Shown: positions 24,260 to 36,834 of the stretch, in pieces
Layout: every line of letters begins with the position of its first letter
Position numbering within the stretch: the stretch's first letter is position 1
Source of the DNA: Marsupella aquatica
Taxonomy: Eukaryota > Plantae > Marchantiophyta
Direction: 5' to 3'
Length of the DNA stretch: 64,000 nt
NCBI GenBank assembly: GCA_973895155.1
Contig: OZ316896.1
Span: 16,409,752-16,473,751, forward strand
Notes under the pieces: model-generated
What the model saw: only the letters and a program-made list of their open reading frames with translations
Told to the model about the DNA's origin: nothing
Databases searched by the model: none
Program-made: the position numbers and the translations under genes

Positions 24260-27200
24260 AGCTTTAGGGTCCTATAGCAGTTCCTCGTTCACGGAATCCG
24301 GCATTCTCATGTGATTTGGCCAGCTCTTGTCCGGGAGTGCAACATCTATCCCTACCGCGGTCCTTTTGGTGACATATCAACCACTTTCGGCTCCGATTAC
24401 GATTCTGATTTACTCCTCCATTTTTGGTGACGGTTTCCCTTGATCAGCTTTGGAGCATTCCTGTCTTGCCACGTTTCTCCTCCGATTGGTGGTTGCCTTT
24501 CTTCTTCAGTTCTGACAAGGTGGTTTTTGCCAAGTTTAGTGGACCAGTTTGCATTCCACCATCTTTGGGAGCTGTAGCAGCACGCTCAAATCAGCGGAGA
24601 GATATTCACTCGCATCGACTCCTCAACGGACACATCGACGAGAGCTCCAGCTTTGTTCCCGGCTGTGCCTGCACGTGCTCAACGGTTTTCTAGGCTAGCG
24701 GTGGCGCCGCTTCTCGGATTTTGACGCGGTGGGCTCTCTCCATAGCCTTCCCTTTCTTTTCACATGTCTTGGTTGGGCCTTTTGTCGCTTCTTGATGCGC
24801 TTTTGCTTTTATCGGGTTGTGACCTGTCATGTCTACGTTGAGAGTGTTGGCGCAGGGCAAGCGCCCAGCCCCCCCCCACACAGTTCTCCCCCCTCCTCCC
24901 CCCCGCCTCGTGGTCGCCTTCGTGTTTGCTCTTCTTCATTGGATCTCTCTCATCTTCGTGATGACCCCATGCCCGATGTTCTACCAGTCCCCCCAGTCTA
25001 CTGCCCACCCCATCGACGCCCTGGGTCCTCTCCCCAGCCCATTCCCCCTCCACCCCTCTAGCATCCCCCTCCGGCCTCTTCATCCACGTCGGTTCCCCCC
25101 CCACCTCCTGTCCAGTCGTTCCCTGCTCCCTCCCCAGACGAGCGTCCCCTGCATACTTGTCTTGAGTGTGGCTGGGTTGGCCTCTCCCTTCCTCATCACC
25201 GCGGGCGGGGCCGGTGCCAACATCGCCAGCAAGCCCAATCCCAGCCCCAGCCCCCTCTTGACCCAGTTAGCTCTGCCCCTCCTTCCTTGGAGGCTTCCGA
25301 GCAGGCATGGAGTTGGGTTCGCTCTCTAGACCCCCTTCCAGCCTACCATCCAGGGTACATTAGACCTCGCCTTTATAACCACATCCCACTAGCGTTGCGC
25401 CCATTAGTTCGATCATCCTTGTTGCAACTCATGCAACTTATCTTGGCGCATCCTATCGAGGTCTCCTATTGGTCTTTACTCATGCTTTTTCCACAGTGGA
25501 CTCTTACCCTCCCTAGTCACGGTGGTCGCGTGGGTCATCGTGAGACTGCCTCTCGTATCCATCGTTTTCTGCGGGGAGATTGGGAACAGCTTTAGGAAGA
25601 GTACTTTCTTCGAGCCCGTTCCTTTACTACCCGTGCTTTGTCTGACCCAGCTCGCCACTCTCATCCTCCAGAGCACAGACGCCTTCGTCGCTCTTGTCGT
25701 TTGGCCCAGGCTGGTGAATATCGTCGTGCGGTCCAGGCCCTTTCTCCCACCACACCAGCCCCCCCTGGCGAGGTCACCTTGACGGCCCTTCAGGATCTCC
25801 ATCCGCAGCCCTATGATCAGCTCCCTTTGTTCGTGGAGGATTTTGAGCCTGAGGAGGATCTTCAGTTTAGTAGGGACCACTTCACCTATGCTTTCCTCCA
25901 TGCTCCGCGTTGTGCGGCTGGTGGCCCCTCTGGCTATGTCTTTGAGCATTTTCGTGATTTATTCCCCCCTGAGGATCCTCAGTCTGGTTTTCCAGTTTTC
26001 TTCTCCTTTTGCCAGTGTATTGCTACCGGCCGTTTGCCTCCTCCCGTCTCTTGGCTTTTGAGTGCTTCTCGTTTATTGGCCATGGCTAAGTCTTCACCGG
26101 GTGTCCGGCCCATAGCTATTGGAGAGGTTTTTCTTCGTCTGGTGTCTCGCGCACTTTCATCGCAGTATCGCTCTGCACTATTGGATCATCTCTCTCCACA
26201 TCAGTTTGCAGTGGGCGTTCCTGGCGGTTGTGAGACAGTTATTGCGGGTATTCGTACTACCTTGGACCTCCACCCTGATTGGGTTGTCCTCCAGGTTGAT
26301 GTCTCCAATGCTTTCAATACGGTTTCTCGGGCAACAATTTTTTGTGCTTTGAGGGCAGCGGATCCAGACATCCAGTCCCTTATCCCCTTTGTCCGTTGTT
26401 TTTATGGGTTCGAGGCCCCCCTCTTCTATAGTCATCACACCTCTACAGGAGCGTATACCACTCTTTCTTCTGCAGAAGGTACACGTCAGGGTGACCCTTT
26501 GGGTGGGCCTCTTTTTGCCATTGCACATTTTACTGCTTTACGAGAAGCCTCCGCGGCCCACCCCCAGTGTATCTTCCCCTCCCTTTCAGATGACACCCAC
26601 ATCATTGGTCCACCTGTTGCTGTTACTTCTGCCCTCGCCACCCTTTCCACCCATTTGTTGGGCCTCGGTTTACGAGTTCAGCCGGTGAAGAGTCGTGCAT
26701 GGAGTCCAGCTCGGTTACCCTCTGATCTTGCGCTTCCCCCTGGGTTCTTACGTCCTGCCGACGGTCTTCGGGTCCTTGGCTCCCCAGTCGGTACCGCCTC
26801 CTTTTGCTCATCTTTCATTGCTGACGCTCTCCAGGCTGCCTTAGCCCCTACTCCTATGCTCCCTAAGTTAGCAGACTCTCAGGCAGCATTTGGGTTGTTG
26901 TTGAGATGCATCCACCCTCGTGCGTCCTATTTGGCTCGGACACATCCCCCTACCGAGGATCTTTATCTACACCTCCGAGCGTTTGATGTCTCCATTCGTG
27001 AGACTTTGGCCTCTCTTTTAGGGCCAGGTACTTTACTCTCATCTCCGTGGCTTCATCGACAGCTCAGTCTTCCTATTTCTCACGGTGGTTTTGGGCTTAC
27101 TTCCACTGAGCGCCTTGCACCTTTGGCCTTCTTGGGCGCGTGGGCGGCCGCCTTCTCATTGTTGGCTGATCGTTTCCTTACTGAGGATCGACCTTTTTTA

Positions 27201-28600
27201 CTTTCATCCCTCATGGAGGTCGAGGAGGGTTCCCTCCCATTTCAGGTTCATTTGCGCACGGCGCGGTCATCATTACCCGATCCTGTTCGAGCTGCGTTAC
27301 CTTCATTCCAAGAGTTTTTATCCTTGGACCCCGTCCGTCTTCAGGCAGACCTTGCTGGGCGTATGCACGCTTTCACCCTTTCCAGCATCCTCACCGAGGC
27401 ACCTGACACAGACCGAGCTCGGATTCTTTCTTCCGGAGGGAAGGGCGCAGGAGGCTGGCTTCAGGCCAATCCAGTCATTCCTCACCTGCGGATGTCTTCA
27501 GCGGAGTTTGCGACAGCCATGCGTCTTCGTATGGGCTTGCCCCACCCACTTCTTGCTGGTTTACCTCCTACTTGCAGTTGTGGGAAGCCTTGTGATGCCA
27601 CAGGTGTCCATCTTCTTCGATGCAGTTTGGGCGGCGAAACCATTTTTGTTCACGACGCTGTGAGAGATGCGACTGCTCAGGTTCTCTCTGGCTCTTTGGT
27701 CTGCGCGCGGCGGGAGGTGGTGCTCGAGTTACCTGGTCCTCCATCACAGCGGTTACGGGTGGATCTTACCATGGTCCATGACGGTCACCGTACTTTGGCA
27801 GATGTAGTGGTGGCAAACCCATTGCGCCAAGACATCATTGGGACAGCGGCAACAACGGCAGGGGCAGCAACATCACGAGCAGCAACAACGAAGGAGGCCA
27901 AATATGCTGCACGAGCTTCATCTGATAGCTTCTTGCCCCTTGCTCTTGAGATATTTGGGCGTCTCCATCATCAGTTCGACGGGCTTCTTCGCCAAGCTGC
28001 TCGGGATGTTCACGGTCGGATGGGTCCTACCGGGCCCCCGCTATCTGTTTTGACCATGCACTTTCGCCAACGCATTTCAGTCACCTTACAGCGTGCTCAA
28101 GCTCGGGCCGTCTATCGTCGATCTCTGACAGTGGGTGCTAGTGTGACTCCGCAGCGGCTAGCCCCCCTAGAGGACATTCCTGTCCCACTTGCCGATCTAG
28201 TTTCGACACTTGATGTAGACCACTAGCTTGTTGCCACATTTGCTAGGTATGATGAGGACCTCGGTCCATTTGCGGTAGTTTTAGTTCCTCTTTCTTGGTT
28301 TTTAGGGGTTTCCTTTTGCTCACTTCTTTTGGTTCCTCTTTCTTGGTTTTTAGGGTTTCCTTTTGCTCACTTCTTTTGCGTTTGGTTTTGTCCACTTGGG
28401 ACCTCTCTTGTTTATTCTTTTGTACTCTATTTGGCCTTTTTCTGTATAAAGTATGTGTATATTCATTTTGGATTCTATACTATATCCCCTTCATCTTTAC
28501 CCAATCCCTGTTTTTAATTCCTCCTTAGTTAATGTCACTTTTGTTCACCTTTGCTCCCGTCCCTATTTTTTGTCAGCATCATGGGTGTTATCCTTTTCAA
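24260..28600 (+). mobile_element. CRE-clade non-LTR retrotransposon (RT + C-terminal restriction-like endonuclease), near full length; ends approximate
   Basis: Single reading frame 24969..28226 with a Zn-finger, RT motifs (VRPIAIGEV..RL, QFAVGVPGGCE, DVSNAFNTVSR, GTRQGDPLG, SDD, GLRVLGSPVG) and RLE motifs (CSCG..HLLRC, HDAVRD, RVD..ADV.V, KEAKY, PLALE.FG). T-rich 3' UTR with an internal ~48-bp duplication. Confidence 0.85.
24969..28226 (+). pseudogene. CRE retrotransposon ORF (~1085 codons) interrupted by two in-frame TAG codons
   Basis: ORFs 24729..25061, 25287..25595 and 25638..28226 are all in the same frame. The only stops are TAG at 25059-61 and 25593-95. A CLECGWVGLSLPHHRGRGRC zinc knuckle lies between them. 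Confidence 0.8.
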
Positions 28601-28793
28601 ACCCCCCCCCCCTAGCCAAAACAAAAATGTGATTTACACATTTCAACATTTTTAGTTGCTTTTTCCCAAAATTGTAGAGCAAAGTCTCAAGTGGAGAAGA
28701 GAGAAATGTGAAAAAATGAGAATTTTTGGACATTCCTCCTTTTATATGGCCAATGGTGGTTAATAATCATTATCACTTTGTCGCTATTAAGAG

Positions 28794-30300
28794 TTATGGT
28801 CTAGATGTTTCACTCCGGACCATAAAGCGAGGCTGGTAGCTGCTCCTTCCTTCCCTTGTTGCATTTGGTTCTGCCATGGATAAGTGCAATCCATGGATAA
28901 GTGCAGGAAGATCCTCTAGTCCCTCAAATTTAGAAATGTATAATGTTTTCTTTTGTAGATGTGCCCAAACATGCAAGAATTTTAGAAAAGCATCTTGCCT
29001 GTCACTAAAAGACAAATGTGTTAGTGCATGTATGCAATTATTCATTACTGGAAGATGGAAGTAAGAAGCTTTTACTGATAAGCAGTTATCCATTACTCGC
29101 AGGAAGTAAGAAGCATTTGTTGAGAAGAGCAATGGATGATACATTGAGTAGTTTCATGCACTTATCCAGCTGAATTGTGACGAAAGTGACTCCAGTGGCT
29201 GTTCCTTCCTTCCCTTGTTGCTATAGGTACAGTCAGGCTTCCCTTGTTGTTTTAAGTACAGTCTGCTGTGTATAAGTGAACCCATGGATAAGTGCAGGCT
29301 GATCCTGTAGTCCCTCAAATTTTGGAGACATTTACTTGATGAACCCTCAAAATCAAAAGTGCTATTGCATAGACCCCCAGATCTTAAATCAAAGTATCCA
29401 CAACCTCATGGTGTCGGTTAGGGATTTTGTGACTCTATCTTCCAGTATTTTGTCTTATTTAAACTTCTTTTCTTGTGTATTTTAATTTGTCTTACCAAGG
29501 TGCATCCCTTGTATACTTTAGATTTTGAATTTAATCTGGCACCCCTCTAAATTTTTCAATCTTTGATATGCATTTGATCATCCACCCTTTAACAAAGCTC
29601 AGGGAAGTTCTAGCCCTTAGTGAAGAAGAAATGATCTAATCAAAGTGCACTCCTAGTGTCTTTAAGTTCTACTCATGGTTTTGTGTCCTAAATTTATGGT
29701 TTTAATTCATTTGAGTGTCATTACCTAAGATAAGTACATAAGTATCTTTACTGGTGTATAGTATGTGCAGAACCGAATACCATAGACTTAATTTTTCCCT
29801 GTTCATTATTATTTTTCTTTACATGTGTACTTTTATTCTTGTACCTTATGTGCACAACTTTTCAATGTCATGCTTCCTAATCAATGTCTTATTTATATTT
29901 GCCACAAAAAATAGATCACCTGTATGTCACTAAAAAACTTAAACTTTTTGCTAGAGGACAAAATAACTTTTCATGTTCGAGGATGAGTATACTATATCCA
30001 CAACCTCATGGTGTCGGTTAGGGAGAACACTTTGGTTTGGGGGTCCATCAAGTAATTATAATAATGTTTTCATAATGTTCATAATGTTCATAATGTTTTC
30101 CTTTGTAAATGTGCCCAAAAATGCAAGTATCTTATTAATGCATCTTGCCCGTCACTAAACAACAAAAATTTGAGTGCAATTATGCCTATAGGTTTGTACA
30201 TGCACTTATCCATTACTGGAAGACAGAAGTAAGAAGCATTTATTGATAAGAGCCATGGGTGATACATTGAGTAGTTTCATGCACTTATCCTGCTGAATAG
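28794..30300. repeat. Non-autonomous element with rearranged internal duplications, starting at a terminal hairpin
   Basis: Starts 'ttatggtctagatgtttcactccggaccataa'. 28941..29177 recurs at ~30091..30298, ~28840..28935 at ~29200..29325, and 'tatccacaacctcatggtgtcggttaggga' at ~29395 and ~29995. Confidence 0.6.
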
Positions 30301-31339
30301 TGCTCAGGGCACGAGGAAGCCTTGTGTGTGACCTTCATCCCAGGAGCCTGCACTTATGTGTTAGATTGTACAGTTAGATTGTACAGTACATTCTTCTCTC
30401 ATGGCCAATGGTTGATCTAATGAATGAAATAAACCAAGGAGAGTAAAGGAAAAAGAATCCCCCATGGACCACAACCTGAGACGACCAACTTGGACAGACC
30501 ATTAAACGTTACTTTGAACTCAAATACTATTTCTCTTTTGTATGAATAGTCATATTTTGGGGCTCAGAAGTTGCTTGGTCCACCAGAGTTGCATGGTTGC
30601 ACATTGTGCTCCATCCTAGCATCAGTTGCAGCAATCACGAGAGGATGAAAAGGAAGAATAAGTGCTGTAAGTCTGGATAGGATCCCTTTTCAAATCTTTT
30701 GCTTGGATAGGATTTCTACCTCAAATGGGATCTGGGGAAATGCCTATTTTAGCTAAGATAGTATGGTTTTAGAGTATAACTGTTGGTCTTTCATACAAGG
30801 AGTACTTTGGGATCCCATTGAAGTTCAAAGGTTTTGATGGAGCTCCCAATCCAAGTTATGACTTGAACAAATTTAGTGAAAATGGGTCAACAAGCTGAAA
30901 AATAGACAACAACAAAAAAATCAAGAACAAAAAAAGGTATGAAGACAAAACTCTTGCCATTCTAAGAGATTAGGGGTGGCACACAAATACTACTTAAACC
31001 AGCTGCCACTATAAAGGGGAGCCTGCCCCAATGACCACTGTTCATTTGCCCAGGTGAACAGTACGCATGCCCTACAGGATCGATGACCAGCACACTTCTC
31101 ATCATAAGATCTTCCTACCTTAAAAACATTTTTTGAAGATTGCTTCTAAAATATAAACTATTCCAGATGCCGTTGTGTTGTGCAATAGATCTCACGAAGA
31201 TCTATGTTTTGGGCTGTAGGTTACCCCCAATGGTGAAAGTATGAGATGACAGTGATACCCAGATATTTTCCAAAATATATTGGATACATAATTGTACTAT
31301 ATATATGTGAATTGAGTACCACTTATTACTGACAGTTTT

Positions 31340-32900
31340 GTTTGTTTGTTTTTGTTTGAAAATACTTGTTTATTAGAGAAGCCACTGCAGTGAAGACCAG
31401 CGAGGCAGAAACAAACCACACATAGGGACACACACACCCCACGGCAACTAAACGCCAAACACCACCCCAACAGTACACAAGGTCACCTCCTAAAGAAGGG
31501 CCAAGTGGGGAGAAAGCAAAAAAAAGTAAGTTACACAACAGACAAACAAGGCACCGCCCATAGGCAAAGGGGGCCTCAAAACTGAAATGAATAGGGCTCC
31601 AACAGCAAAGACCTAAGCTATGCGTGACTAGTGCCAGTCAAAGCCCTAGCAGTCAATTCAGTGAGTTCAAGAAGGGTTTGATGTAACCGTCTGGCCTTCT
31701 GCACACTGTGAGTCCGCTGAAGGGTAGCATGAACTTGAACAGCAAAACCATTGAGGATGACATACAATGGAAACCTGGTAGAGTTACCATGATACGTGGG
31801 TTGGCGTCGCTCAAGCCAGATGGTGCTAAGCATCTCATGTATAAGGAGAAAGGAAGCCAAGGTTGCACTTTTGGGACCTAATAGCAGTCAATCTTTCCAA
31901 AGAAGGAGCATCCAAGAGCCTTGTTCAGACTGGTGCCAATAGCAATGATTTCAAGATGGGTCCAATGGGACCACAGTCTAGGACAATCGTAGAACATGTG
32001 CTCAATGGTCTACATGTGTCCTTGGCAGGCGGTGCAATGGCCATCACTCACCGTCCATTTCAAAGCATGCAAATTGGAGAAAAACCCTGCATGGAGCACC
32101 TTCCAAAACACTAATTTAACACTAGGAGAGGTACAATCTTTCCATAGATGAGTCCATCGGCTCCTCCAGAGTTCTTGTGTGTCAAGAGAGAACCACCTAT
32201 GGTTGAGTTGTGCCGTGGGGGTAAGTTGGGGTTGCACCATTGATTGCCCCCCATGTCTTGGTAGGAAGGTGCCATCCTCTCTTCACACCATTGGGCCATT
32301 GCCAAACCCACCCCTAAGTCGTGAGGAGTCTCCCTGTTGTTGACCCCTTGGAGGAGTTCAAAAGACCAAGGATTTGTGGAAGAAGTCGTGGACCGCTATG
32401 TGGGGTCAATCGAAGCAAACCTTGGACCTGTTCGAGAGTTTTCCAGCCAAGACCAGGTGTGGAGAGGTCTTCCAGAGTGAAAACCTTGCTGGTTGCAAGA
32501 ACCTTCATGCATCTCGGTGTCTGTGATAGTCAGCTGGTGCTCCATAAAGAGGAGAAATTGTGCAATTGAGAGGGTTTACCGACAGTTCTTATACAGGAAC
32601 GTGTGATTTCGAGATGTTGAGATAATCTGAAGTCTTTCCTCCTTCCTTAGTTCTGGCATAGAGAGAATGCTTGCCTTTGTTGACCGCTATGACAGGCCAA
32701 ACAAGTGTATTGGCACTCCATTAGAATCCTTTGCCTACTAGGACTGGACAGCATAAATGCATACTCTTTGTGCTAAGTGGTCCCTAAACAGCACAATACC
32801 CTGGAGTACGATGCTACCACTAGCCTGTTCTTTGAACATAAATATAGATGAGGACCAAAAAGGTCTTGCAAAACATAAGAAGATTTTCCTCTTGTCAACT
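31340..32900 (-). mobile_element. Degenerate L1 LINE 3' portion (zf-RVT, ORF2 C-terminus, 3' UTR, AATAAA, (AAAC)n tail)
   Basis: 'WTHLWK...PSVKLVFWKVLHAGFFSN..ALKW.VSDG.C..C' and 'EMLSTIWLERRQ.TYHG' are present. 3' UTR is homologous to 3915..4060. The 5' limit is approximate. Confidence 0.85.
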
Positions 32901-33907
32901 GTTCATGTCTAAGTGTTTTCCAAAGACTTTCCCCAATCCCTGTTTTTAACATGCACCCCCACTTTCATCTCATACCTTTGAGTCATGGTCTAGAGGCTTC
33001 ACTCTAGACCATAGGCCTGCTTGCAATCGCGATTATATAGTTAGATGTCTTTGTGTTGCTTCCCCAAATAGCCAAGACATTGAACTCAATGGAGGTGGAT
33101 GAAATCTCAAAAGTTTTGAGACCAGTAAGGCAGGAGTGGAAATGGTAAGATAGTAGCTTTTGAGTACATTTGAATCCGGATATTCACTCACATATCTACA
33201 TCTTAATGTGAGCACTCTGTTTTGAAGACAAGCTTTTGGATTTGTCCATCATGATGGTAGTTTCTTCTAATAATTTTGGAGGAGTATTAAAACAAGGAAT
33301 GTTAGTCCCTTTGGGGACATCCGATAAAAACAAGGAATGTCTAATTTATGTCTTGGTGTACCCATCTATATTTGGGGGTTGGTGGGGTTTACTGTGAGTA
33401 ATATGTTGTTTCTTATGCAGATAATGTAAAGTTTCTACCAAATTGCATATTGTACCATGAATTTGATATTCCCCTTGGTCCTCAAATTCTTGGGTTCAAA
33501 AAATCTCAACGTCCAAACTTTTGCCTTCAAGGAGACTATTGTTTGTGTAGATAAATAATTCTTCTACAAAAAGGAAATTTCTGGATACCTTTAGATGTGA
33601 ACCATTTGTGGTGGATTGAATGATAATGATTGTACTGCGGTGTTAACTTCTCACATAAGTTGGGCAACCCAGTGAAAACTTTGGAGTCCTTGGTGAGTGG
33701 CATGTAGTCATTTTTGCTGTCCTGGTTATTGGATAAAATGCCGGAAAGATTTTAATATCATAGTACATTTCAGCAAAACACGGAAAACTATCTTAGAAAA
33801 TTCAAATATCTAGATAGAATCGTTTCACAATTCGCTATAGCTTGCTACACCCACTTTTTGTGTGTCCTGATTTCCTTTTTCCATTTCTGTGCCGGGTTTG
33901 TTATACA

Positions 33908-34425
33908 TGGGGCAGGAGGTGGTGTTTGATTTGGCCTGGTCCCCCACCACATAGATTACACGTTGATCTTACCATGGTACAAGATGGCAGGGCTAGCGGA
34001 CCTTAGTTGATGGTGTGGTGGCCAACCCTTTGCGTCTAGACATCATTGGGATAACTTTTGCACAGGGACAGGCAATTACGACCAACGAGGCCAAATATGC
34101 AACTCAAGTGTCAGACAGCTTCCTCCCCCTTGCTATTGAGATTGTTGGGAGACTCCATCATCACTTTGATAGGTGCCTTTGACAGGCAGCTCGCAACATT
34201 CACATACGTGTGGGTTCCATCGGCCCACCACTATCAGTTTTGACCATGCACTTTCGTCAGCAGATTTCAGTGATGTTGGAATGTGCTCAAGCTTGAGCAA
34301 TTTGTTGTAGATCTCTAGCCGTGGGTACTAGTGTGCCTTTGCAGAAGCTTGCCCCCTGAGAGGACATCCATGTCCCACTTGTGAATTTAGTTATGACACT
34401 CACTACAGCGTACATGTAGACCGTT
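33908..34425 (+). mobile_element. 5'-truncated, decayed CRE-clade copy (RLE domain only)
   Basis: Colinear nucleotide similarity to 27707..28226, e.g. 'gatcttaccatggt', 'gacatcattggga', 'gaggccaaatatgc', 'ttttgaccatgcactttcg', 'aggacat.c.tgtcccacttg', 'atgtagacc'. Many stops and indels. Confidence 0.85.
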
Positions 34426-36834
34426 AACTCAACACACTATGGCACAGGTAGATCAGCACATGCTGACCATTTACAGAGCAAGGTTAGTGGGCCGGAGCTT
34501 CTCAGGGACCCCTGGCCCGACTAGTGTTTTGTTTCTCTGGGCCGGGGCTCTTGGCCCCCAGCCTTTGGTCCTGTTCTGTTTTGTTCGGGGGTGGCTTTCA
34601 TCCCCCCGTGTGTTATTGACGGCCCCTGCGCTGCCGCCGCCTCCTCCCTGCCTCCCTCCCTCCCCTTCCCTTAAAATTTAAAAAAATCAGGAGATATAAT
34701 GGGTAGAAACAAAATTATGGGTGGCTTTACAAGATGCCAGGGTTGGATGTTTCTTTTGGTTCCCTTTGAGATTACACGTTGGCTTTACTAGAACTTGGGG
34801 GGGGGGGGTGGGCGATGGGTGGGTTCACGTATGTGGTCTCCTGTTCTCATGGCAAGCTGTGGGCCCAAGTAAATGCTGTCATTGAGTGTTTATCTTGTCT
34901 AAAAAATTAAGCCCCTTTTGGCCTTTTGTAAATTATGACAGCTTTTCCAAACTTCAATTATTCCAAGCATGGCTCCTTCATTATATATATTTGCACCAAT
35001 TAAGGTTCATTTCAAAAGATTTTTTATTTGGAATCTATTTTAGAACGAGAAGTGCTATCCAACTCGCTTTGATGAAAAAAAGTCACAAGGTCCCTCACAT
35101 GGGAGCTCACCCTGTGGGAGCTCAACCTGTGGGAGGTTGAGCTCCACAAGTGGGTTAGAAAAATTATCACACTGCAAAATAACAAGACGGGCCCAAACTG
35201 GAAACAGGGTCCCACTGGCAAAAGGCCCAATCAAGGGGAGGCCAGCAAAATAAAAACAAACAGAAAAGTGAGTATGAGTAGGCCTGAACAGTTATTTTGG
35301 CTCTACAACAGCTAACAATTCCGTGGCAATATATTAAAAAAAGAAGTTCTGCATACAGAAAGGGCGTGCCCTGTTTTCTTTGCCATCTCTAGCAATATCC
35401 CTTTCTCCATTGTAAATGCAGTTAGTTGTAAGCACTACTGTACATCCAATGTCACTACAAGACAGACCTCATCATGCATAACGGTTTTGAAGCCTTTTAA
35501 ATAGTTTTTTATAAATCTATTTTGCCTCATTTTTCCCAATTATATTCTAGCTGTCACAAACCATTCTTTAATCCGAAGTTAAGTAATCATTGCAGATTCC
35601 ATACCTGGACGTGAATTCCTGCTATTTGGTCGATTGGTGTGCAAAATGGATGACAGTAAATGTGATAGCATCAATATGATATGGAGATCTCAATCTTCCA
35701 ATCGAGACCTCGTGCTCACACAAACCTCACCACCCACCTGCGCATTTTCAGAAGGCTTGGAGTCGCATCCACCTCGGTCGATCATGTAAGTATGTTGTGA
35801 TACAGCTATGGCAGAGGTAAAAGACAGGTACCTTAGACATGTCGTACAGCAACATACAGGCTGAGGGGTGCAACCTGTTTTATTCGAACAGTGCACCATA
35901 CAGGCTGAGGAGTGCAGCCTCTTTTCGTCGAAGAGTGCAACTTTGCATTCAGCTTTTGATCAAATTCGTCAGGGGTAGAGTGCTTCACACATTCGACGTC
36001 GAGGCAGATCTAAATATGGTACAAAAAATGGCGATGTAAACTTCCATCCAACTGTAGAGGGGCCTAAGAAACGCATGCTGTTTGGAAATCACAACAATAA
36101 AATATATGTGGTGGCCACAAATATCCCAGCCGCATTTGGGAAGGTCCTACAAGAGTCGATTCCCCTACTCCAAAAACGACCATTTCATTGTCACATAACG
36201 TCTAGTCTCAAGTACCGAACTTAATGGGGTTTATTTCCTCGCATTCATGCACCAATATTGAAAGCAGGTTCTCGGAATCCCAACAGCAAGCCCAAATCAT
36301 GGGCGCTTGTGAAGATATTATTGGGATGCGTGGTAACCATGACATTGACTTCTTTGCCACTTCACTAAATGCGAGGTAGTCACATGTCCTCTTTTTTCCG
36401 TAGGGCAACGCAAAGCTAACACGCCGCAGATCAAATTATACTATCTCAAGATGTGTGCGCCTGCTTTATTGTGCTCATTCTCATAGAATGAAAATTGGCG
36501 AGAAATAATGACTCTTCCTCTTGCAACTCTACCAGTAGTACATATTATAGCTGTGGACTAGTCTCAAGGCAAATTTCCCGTGCTAGAATGGTATGATCAC
36601 TAGGGCATTCTACTATTGTACCGTATTGATTTTCTTTTCTCAATAATAGGTCACTACTCAAAATTTGAAATACATATGTACAGATTCAACTCATTGGTTC
36701 GGAATGCAAGTTAACTGTCATCCAGGGTTGGTTCCAAGACTAACTGTGCATGTTGGGAACCTATGCATGTTCACCTCAAGGCTAAATATACAGAAGGTAC
36801 TTCAAGGTACAAGTCAGAACAAAACTGCTCAAAG

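Noticed and set aside
24290-24420. Possible self-cleaving (HDV-like) ribozyme at the CRE 5' end
   Set aside because: I could not identify the nested P1-P4 pairings by eye. It needs a covariance-model search.
24262-28360. TTTAGGG telomere-like heptamers at the CRE 5' edge and in its 3' UTR
   Set aside because: Only isolated single units in T-rich sequence. This is not enough to claim telomere targeting or an interstitial telomere.
35690-36040. Short Cys-rich ORFs downstream of the NT-C2 gene
   Set aside because: No signal peptide or recognisable pattern. Likely 3' UTR or intergenic sequence.
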